Positions 57,745 through 64,000 of a DNA stretch of 64,000 bases are shown piece after piece. This stretch comes from Roseibacillus sp. (GTDB taxonomy: Bacteria; Verrucomicrobiota; Verrucomicrobiia; Verrucomicrobiales; Akkermansiaceae). The notes below the pieces were generated by a model that saw only the letters and a program-made list of their open reading frames with translations, was not told the DNA's origin and did no database searches. Position 1 is the first letter of the stretch. Every line of letters starts with the position of its first letter. Position numbers and translations under genes: made by a program. The DNA is taken from the NCBI GenBank assembly GCA_965242925.1, contig CBDEUM010000014.1, forward strand, positions 192,001 to 256,000, written 5' to 3'.

Positions 57745-58485
57745 ATGACGAACTACACAACAACCCAACCCTGGAAAGCCGTCCTCGGCATGACCTCCCT
57801 CTTCCTCCTCGCTTTCACCACCACCCTGCTGGCAGCGGATGCCGGAGCCGATGCGGGCGTCGAGAAGGAAACAATGTTTTCCCTCATCAAGAAAGGGGGG
57901 CCGATCATGATCCCGCTGGGCCTCGCCTCCATCATCGCCCTCGCAATTGCCATCGAACGCTTCATCTCCCTGCGCCGGGACAGGATCCTACCGGACGGAT
58001 TCCTCAATGGGCTGGGCCAGGCCTGGGACTCCGATTCTTCCGGTCAGACCGCCGAGCAGTATTGCGAGCAGAACTCCGGCGCCGCCGGGCACGTCTTCAA
58101 GGCCGGCATCCAGTGGCGCGACTCGGGCTACCAGGCGGTGGCCAAGGCCATCGAAGACGCTGGCATCCGGGAGGCCGACAAGATGAAGCGCAGCCTGCGC
58201 GGGCTTTCAATCATCGCGGCAGTCTGCCCGTTGCTCGGACTTCTCGGCACGGTTTACGGGATGATCGATGCCTTCCAGCGGACCTCCTCCAGTGGGGGTG
58301 CGGCCAAGACCGCCGATCTCGCAACCGGGATTTACGAGGCCCTGGTGACCACCGCGGCCGGCCTCACCATCGCCATTCCCGCCATGCTGCTCTACCAGTT
58401 TCTCCAATCCAAGGTGGACGGCCTGATCGATCATATCGACGAGGTGGGCACCGAATTCATCGTCAAACATGCCCGCAGCCACTGA
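57745..58485 (+). CDS. exbB: MotA/TolQ/ExbB proton channel protein
   Basis: KGGPIMIPL...IAIER, PLLGLLGTVYGMIDAF, LATGIYEALVTTAAGLTIAIPA. Confidence 0.95.
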   Translation: MTNYTTTQPWKAVLGMTSLFLLAFTTTLLAADAGADAGVEKETMFSLIKKGGPIMIPLGLASIIALAIAIERFISLRRDRILPDGFLNGLGQAWDSDSSGQTAEQYCEQNSGAAGHVFKAGIQWRDSGYQAVAKAIEDAGIREADKMKRSLRGLSIIAAVCPLLGLLGTVYGMIDAFQRTSSSGGAAKTADLATGIYEALVTTAAGLTIAIPAMLLYQFLQSKVDGLIDHIDEVGTEFIVKHARSH

Positions 58486-58531
58486 TGCCGGGTAGTCAAG
58501 GGCGACACACGGAAGCTTAACACCTGAACCC

Positions 58532-58948
58532 ATGAGAATTCGCAGCCGGGACAACGACCAGGGCGAGATAATCAACATCTCGAGCATGATCGACGTCATG
58601 TTCATCCTCATCATCTTCTTCCTGGTCACCACCACCTTCAAGGAGGAGGAAGTCGATCACCTCATCAAGTTGCCGGTCGAATCGCGTAACCAGTCGCTCA
58701 CCCAGACCGCGGGCAACCTGATCAAGGTCAATATCCGGGACAGCGGAGCCTACGTGGTGATGGGACAGCAGGTGACCGAAGAAGACCTCACCAAGTGGAT
58801 GAACGAGGAGGTCGAAAAGAAACCCGAACTCAAGGTCCTGATCCGTTGCGACAAGGAATCCAAGCACCTCTATCTCGCCAACGTGATGTCGATCTGCCGC
58901 CACGTGGGAGTTCCTGAGGCCAGCATCGCCGTCCGCACCGAGAAGTAG
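58532..58948 (+). CDS. exbD: ExbD/TolR biopolymer transporter
   Basis: INISSMIDVMFILIIFFLVTTTF with the conserved TM Asp; LP; VLIRCD. Confidence 0.95.
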   Translation: MRIRSRDNDQGEIINISSMIDVMFILIIFFLVTTTFKEEEVDHLIKLPVESRNQSLTQTAGNLIKVNIRDSGAYVVMGQQVTEEDLTKWMNEEVEKKPELKVLIRCDKESKHLYLANVMSICRHVGVPEASIAVRTEK

Positions 58949-58960
58949 GCTGACAGAATT

Positions 58961-61648
58961 ATGAACCAGCCCATGCCCATCCCCATCGAGGACGATCGCG
59001 ACCCCGATCGCAGGATCCTCGGGGTGACACGCAGGCAGCGCTTCCGTGCCTATTTCTGGATCGGGGTTATCCTGATGGTGGGGTTCCTCATCTGGGCTCT
59101 TTTCTACCTCCGCCCCGACCGCTGGTACACCTACACCGACCAGGTCGCCTTCGAGCAGGTCGCCCGCGACGTGGAACCCGGTTACGTCCTCTGGGAAAAG
59201 GCCGAACCGGTCGGTAGCGGATTGGCCCCTGGCGACGACATCGCCACGCCGGTCGTCTCCTCCAACGGGGCCCGCATGATCTACAGTGCCGGGGAGAAGG
59301 ATGGAAACGCCAATCTCTTCCTGCGGGAGTGGGACGGCACCGACTGGAAGGAGCCGCGTCCCATGCGGGCGCTCAACAGCTCCTTCCACGAACTCGCTCC
59401 CTCCCTCAGTGGCAATGGGGAGCTCCTCTACTTTACCAGTGACCGCCCCGGAGGGCAGGGCGGCTTCGACATCTGGGTCTCGAAGTGGGACGGCTCCGAA
59501 TATGCATGGCCGCTCCCCCTCACACCCCGGGTTAACACGCCCTTCGACGAAATTGACCCGGACTTCGCTCCCGACAACCTCAAACTCTACTTTGCGTCCA
59601 ACCGCCCCCGCCGCGCGACTGACACCTCCGAGAAAGTGGCCGCCATCCTGGAGAACGTCGAGGACCGCAAGGGCAACTTTGACCTCTACTCTGCTGACAC
59701 AGCCGGCGGTATCCCCCCGACAGTAAAAGGTCTCCTGAAACTCCAGGCTGAACAGAAAGCGCTCGCTGATTCACTGCAGGGATCCGAAAGCCCCCCCGGG
59801 GAAGAAACCGCGACCCAGGCGCAGACAAGTGCCGCTCAGGCAGCCCAGTTTCTCAGGAAGGCCGCCCAGCGACTTGGGGACGACGAACTACCGGATCCAA
59901 TCGGGCAGTCTAAAGAGGCGCTGAGTGCAGCGATCCATGAGATGAAAAAGGTCGAAGAGGCCCTGAGTGAGGAGCCAGACATGGCCCGGGAGCAGCTCAT
60001 CATTCGGAAACAAGCCAACGTCATGAACACGGGCGCCCCGGTTGGCATCATCGTGGAGCGTCAGTTGAGCATGCTCTATTCCCTGCGTGAAAGCGCCCTC
60101 GCCGATACGGAGATCATGGCCAAGCTTGGCGGCACTCCCCAGACCGAGGCCGCGGTGGACAAGGGACTCGCCTACCTCGCTAGCACCCAGGAGGAAGATG
60201 GGCGTTGGAACATCGCCAAGTCCGGGGGACAGGGGAACCACGACCAGGCCGCCACCGCCTTCGCCCTCCTCGCCTTCTACGGCCGGGGAGAAGTGCACGA
60301 CGAGGAGTGCAAGTATCAGGACACCGTAAAACGGGGAATCGAGTGGCTGCACGGGCAAAGGAATGTGGCCACCGGAGACTTCCGTGGCACCAGGCCCCAG
60401 GGCAATGCCATGTATGACCACGGCATTGCCTCCCTCGCCGTGGTGGAGGCCTTTGGAGTCACCAAGGACACCACCCACCGTGCCGCGGCCCAGTCCGCAA
60501 TCGATTTCATTGTGGCAACCCAGCACGAAGAAGGCGGCTGGCGCTACACGCCCAATCAGAAGGGAGACCTCTCGGTCACCGGCTGGTACATCATGGCTCT
60601 CGCCAGCGCCAAGATGTCGGGCCTCGAGGTCCCGGACAAGACCATGGAAGGTGCCGCAAAGTTCCTCGCCAGCGTGAGTCACGGCAAGAACAAGGGAGCT
60701 TATGGCTACACCGGCCCGGGAGGGGGAACCCCGGCCATGAACGCGGCCGGCTTCTTCTGTTCCCAGTTGCTGGGTCATTCCTCCAATACATCCAAGGCCT
60801 ATGAATCCTCCGTCATCGTCGACCGCCAGGCCTTCCAGTTGAACGACATCTACTACGCCTACTACGGCACCGTGGCATCCTACCAGCACCAGGGCCCGGC
60901 CTGGCGCAAGTGGATGGGAGCAATGCAGCCGGCCTTCGTGAAGGCGCAGAACTCTGACGGCTCCTGGAACACGGGGGGAGGCCACGGCGGGGCCATGGGC
61001 AAGGTCATCGTGACCGCCCTGGTGACTCTCTGCCTGGAAGCCCACTACCGTTACACTCCCCTCTACGGCCTGGGCTGGGAACCCGACCCCGAGGGGCCCA
61101 CCGGAAACAGCAGGGATCTCGCCGACCTCGCCGAGACACCCCTCTTCCGCCACGCCAAGTTTCTCAAGGATTTCAGCTCCCCCGCCAACGACACCGGACC
61201 GGTCCTCACCGACCATGGGGACTTCCTCTATTTCGCCTCCGAGCGTGATGGGGGAGAGGGAGGGGCCGACATCTGGCGTTCGCGGATCAAACGCACCCGG
61301 GTCAACGAGCCCGTTCAACCGAAGAACCTCGGTCCCGAGATCAACGGGGAAGATGATGAGACCAACCCCGCGGTCCGCAATGCCGGCTTCCACCTCCTCT
61401 TCAACTCCGACCGCGAAAACAACAGGAATGCCCTCTACAGCGCCCGCAGCAAGCGTGTGGTGCGTCGCTTCGATCTCACCAAGATGCCCGACCTCAACTG
61501 GATCATGGGTAACATGCTCTGGATCCTTGGTCTCCTCGCCTCATTGATTGGTTTTGTCTGGCTCACCAGGCGGGCCCTGACCGCTGGCAAGGAAGCCCAA
61601 GCCTCATCCGCCCTGCCCGATGACGCCCCCCCCGATCCCGCTGCCTAA
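58961..61648 (+). CDS. Membrane protein: PD40 (TolB-like) repeats interrupted by a squalene-cyclase-fold barrel, TMs at both ends
   Basis: LYFTSDRPGGQGGFDIW, LYFASNR, LYFASERDGGEGGADIW; QEEDGRW, MYDHG, QHEEGGWRY, DLSVT, QNSDGSW, CLEAHYRYTP. Confidence 0.87.
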   Translation: MNQPMPIPIEDDRDPDRRILGVTRRQRFRAYFWIGVILMVGFLIWALFYLRPDRWYTYTDQVAFEQVARDVEPGYVLWEKAEPVGSGLAPGDDIATPVVSSNGARMIYSAGEKDGNANLFLREWDGTDWKEPRPMRALNSSFHELAPSLSGNGELLYFTSDRPGGQGGFDIWVSKWDGSEYAWPLPLTPRVNTPFDEIDPDFAPDNLKLYFASNRPRRATDTSEKVAAILENVEDRKGNFDLYSADTAGGIPPTVKGLLKLQAEQKALADSLQGSESPPGEETATQAQTSAAQAAQFLRKAAQRLGDDELPDPIGQSKEALSAAIHEMKKVEEALSEEPDMAREQLIIRKQANVMNTGAPVGIIVERQLSMLYSLRESALADTEIMAKLGGTPQTEAAVDKGLAYLASTQEEDGRWNIAKSGGQGNHDQAATAFALLAFYGRGEVHDEECKYQDTVKRGIEWLHGQRNVATGDFRGTRPQGNAMYDHGIASLAVVEAFGVTKDTTHRAAAQSAIDFIVATQHEEGGWRYTPNQKGDLSVTGWYIMALASAKMSGLEVPDKTMEGAAKFLASVSHGKNKGAYGYTGPGGGTPAMNAAGFFCSQLLGHSSNTSKAYESSVIVDRQAFQLNDIYYAYYGTVASYQHQGPAWRKWMGAMQPAFVKAQNSDGSWNTGGGHGGAMGKVIVTALVTLCLEAHYRYTPLYGLGWEPDPEGPTGNSRDLADLAETPLFRHAKFLKDFSSPANDTGPVLTDHGDFLYFASERDGGEGGADIWRSRIKRTRVNEPVQPKNLGPEINGEDDETNPAVRNAGFHLLFNSDRENNRNALYSARSKRVVRRFDLTKMPDLNWIMGNMLWILGLLASLIGFVWLTRRALTAGKEAQASSALPDDAPPDPAA

Positions 61649-61669
61649 CCCAAGCGAAGGGAGAAGGCC

Positions 61670-64000
61670 ATGCCCGAACCGGAACAACAAAAACCCGAAC
61701 AACCCCCGGCCAACCACGCGCCCTCGCCGGCGCGCTGGCTGCTGCCGCTTGCCGCCCTCGCGGTAATGATCGGGATCGGCCTCCTCATCCAAGGCAAGCT
61801 CCGCAACGAGATCTGGTCCTACTTCACCGACGACCAGGGAACCCGCGTGGTAGTGCAGGATGGCAGGGAACGCTACATCCTCTGGCAGGATCCCCGGCAG
61901 AGCCTCTTCAAGGAAGAGGGCTCCACCGAAGAGCCCGATCCCGTCAATCAAGCCTCCGGTCGACTGGAAGCGGCCTTCTCCCCGAATGGCACCTCCATGG
62001 TCCTGGTCCGAACGGAAGCCGAAAACACCCGGGCCGACCTCTACTGGTCCACCTGGGATGGACGGCTCTGGACCCGCCCCACCGCTCTCAGCGCCCTCAA
62101 CACGGAGGCCGACGAGCGGGGACCGGCCTTCTCCCGCGACGGCAGGTATCTCTACTTCAGCTCCGATCGCGAGGGTGGCCAGGGAGGCACCGACATCTAC
62201 GTGGCCCGCTGGAACGGTCAGGAATGGACCGGCGTGGGAGCGCTGGGGACCACCGTCAATTCGCCCGCCCACGAAACCGGCCCCGCTCCCACCACCGACG
62301 GGAACCGCCTCTACTTCTCGTCCAATCGCGACGGCACCGGAAACGACATTTTCGTCTCACAACGTCTTGAGGAAACGCCTTCGGACCCCGGAGAGACTGC
62401 GAACGAAGCCGCCCCCGAACCAGTGGAGCCAAAAAATCCTGCCAATTCCGGGGAAGCAGTGGTCGAACTCCCGCCTCTCCCGAAATTTCGCAATGGGGAG
62501 ATCGTCGACCACCTCAATTCCTCCGCCGAGGACCTGCAGGCCGCCCTGACCCGGCGCGGCAACCATGTCTTCCTGGCCTCCGATCGCGATCGCAACACAG
62601 AGTCCGGTTTCGGCGTCTACTTCAGCCGCGTCATCGACGGGGAAGCGCTTCCTCCCGAGCGCGTCGACCTCTACCTCGACAGGGGTGATGTCACCGACCC
62701 CGCGGTACGCATGGAGGGCTTCGATCTCCTCTTCAGCACCAACTCCGGGACCAGCGAGGAGGAAGAAGGATTCAAGCTCTACCGTTCCACCACCCGTGAG
62801 GTCATTGGCTACACCAACCTCGATCGCTGGGAGTCCTTCAAGGAACTCATGAAGAATATCGGCTGGTGGATCCTCCTCGCTCTCCTCGCCCTCATTGCCC
62901 TCCTTTATCTCATGGAGGCCTGGCAGGACATCACCAACCTCTTCCACAAGTGCCTGGCCGGGTCCGCCGTCGTCCACCTCATCATTCTCTTTCTCCTCAT
63001 GCTCTGGCTCATCGCCAGGGAAGTGGGCGGCAAGGAGCCACAATCGCCCGTGGCCACCGTCAGCATCGAAGCCCTCATGGAGGAGGAACTGGCCCTCGAG
63101 AGCGAACCGGAACAGGCCCAGATCGCGGAAACCAAGAATCTTGTGATGACCGAGAAGTTCGACAGCGACTTCAAGATCCCCGTTTTCAAACCGCGTGAGA
63201 ATACCAAGGTCGTCCCCATCGTCACCAAGACTTCCAATGCCTCCCTCGTGCCCAGCGTGCGGCCCTCCAAGCTCAATGAATCGGAGTCGGAACAGGAACA
63301 ACCACAGCCCACCAAGGAACTCACCGTCCTGACCTCCCTGCCCGAGACCTTCCTCCCCGAACCGGAAGACCCCACCCTTGAGGAGGAGCAGGTCACCGAC
63401 CAGCAACTGGCCGAGAAACCGGCCGACCCCGCCGAGACCGAGTTCAAGCCCACCGAGTCCCTGGAGCAGGTGGAGCCCAAGCAGGCCGAGGAACACGAGG
63501 TGGTCGACACCGCCATCGAAAATGAGGCCGAGTCCAAGGATGTCTCGCAAACCGACTCCGCCCCCCAGGCCGCCGATACCGGGGGCGACATCGTCAATCC
63601 CCACCGCGGCCTGGAGGCCCTCGGCGCACCGCCCGAACTGGACGGGGCCGGAGACGCCATTACCAATCTGCTCAACCTCCCGGGGGACGCCCAGGCCAAT
63701 GACCCTCTCCTCCCCGGCAAACTGGCCACCCCGACCAATGATCTCGACACCCGGGCCATCACCAAGCTCATCAAGAAACAACGCGGACGGCCCTCACTGG
63801 ACACCATCGAGCAGCTTGGGGGATCGGACGCCACCGAGCGTGCCATCGGGGCGGCCCTTGAATGGCTCGCCCGCAACCAGGAGGGGGACGGCCGCTGGGA
63901 CATGCGCAAACACGGTGCCAACGGCGCCTACGATACCGCCGGGGCCGGACTGGCCCTGCTGTGTTTCTACGGCTGGGGCGAGGTTCACAACAAGGGTGGC
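61670..64000 (+). CDS. Membrane protein: PD40 propeller, TM hairpin with SxxxH, Pro/Glu-rich linker, squalene-cyclase-fold barrel (runs off the window)
   Basis: Not in the ORF track. Manual translation from ATG 61670 (AGGGAG upstream): MPEPEQQK...LYFSSDREGGQGGTDIY...WWILLALLALIALLYL...GSAVVHLIILFLLMLWLI...LGGSDATERAIGAALEWLARNQEGDGRW. Confidence 0.87.
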   Translation, partial: MPEPEQQKPEQPPANHAPSPARWLLPLAALAVMIGIGLLIQGKLRNEIWSYFTDDQGTRVVVQDGRERYILWQDPRQSLFKEEGSTEEPDPVNQASGRLEAAFSPNGTSMVLVRTEAENTRADLYWSTWDGRLWTRPTALSALNTEADERGPAFSRDGRYLYFSSDREGGQGGTDIYVARWNGQEWTGVGALGTTVNSPAHETGPAPTTDGNRLYFSSNRDGTGNDIFVSQRLEETPSDPGETANEAAPEPVEPKNPANSGEAVVELPPLPKFRNGEIVDHLNSSAEDLQAALTRRGNHVFLASDRDRNTESGFGVYFSRVIDGEALPPERVDLYLDRGDVTDPAVRMEGFDLLFSTNSGTSEEEEGFKLYRSTTREVIGYTNLDRWESFKELMKNIGWWILLALLALIALLYLMEAWQDITNLFHKCLAGSAVVHLIILFLLMLWLIAREVGGKEPQSPVATVSIEALMEEELALESEPEQAQIAETKNLVMTEKFDSDFKIPVFKPRENTKVVPIVTKTSNASLVPSVRPSKLNESESEQEQPQPTKELTVLTSLPETFLPEPEDPTLEEEQVTDQQLAEKPADPAETEFKPTESLEQVEPKQAEEHEVVDTAIENEAESKDVSQTDSAPQAADTGGDIVNPHRGLEALGAPPELDGAGDAITNLLNLPGDAQANDPLLPGKLATPTNDLDTRAITKLIKKQRGRPSLDTIEQLGGSDATERAIGAALEWLARNQEGDGRWDMRKHGANGAYDTAGAGLALLCFYGWGEVHNKGG

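Overview
GC-rich bacterial window with no rRNA, tRNA, CRISPR array or transposase that I could recognise. The gene content (three sulfatases, DUF1549/DUF1553 cytochrome plus DUF1501, a PVC-type CxxCH dehydrogenase, PQQ-propellers, choice-of-anchor D repeats) points to a PVC-superphylum organism, most likely a verrucomicrobium (inference). Main blocks: (1) sulfatases and housekeeping genes (gnd, fabV, SDR, PfkB kinase); (2) a ~20 kb co-oriented MoxR-DUF58-BatA/VWA cluster (9231-28933) with coiled-coil, squalene-cyclase-fold, HEAT and PQQ-propeller partners; (3) mixed metabolic and PVC-signature genes; (4) a UGA-interrupted AhpD/CMD-like peroxidase with a CxxU motif and a textbook bacterial SECIS-like hairpin, i.e. 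a probable selenoprotein that the ORF track splits in two; (5) a TPR-ExbB-ExbD operon followed by two membrane proteins combining TolB-like PD40 propellers with squalene-cyclase-fold barrels, one with a TonB/TolA-type SxxxH helix, which is a candidate uncharacterised PMF-driven envelope machine. Two genes carry apparent +1 frameshifts near their 3' ends. All family calls come from motif recognition by eye; no database searches were run.
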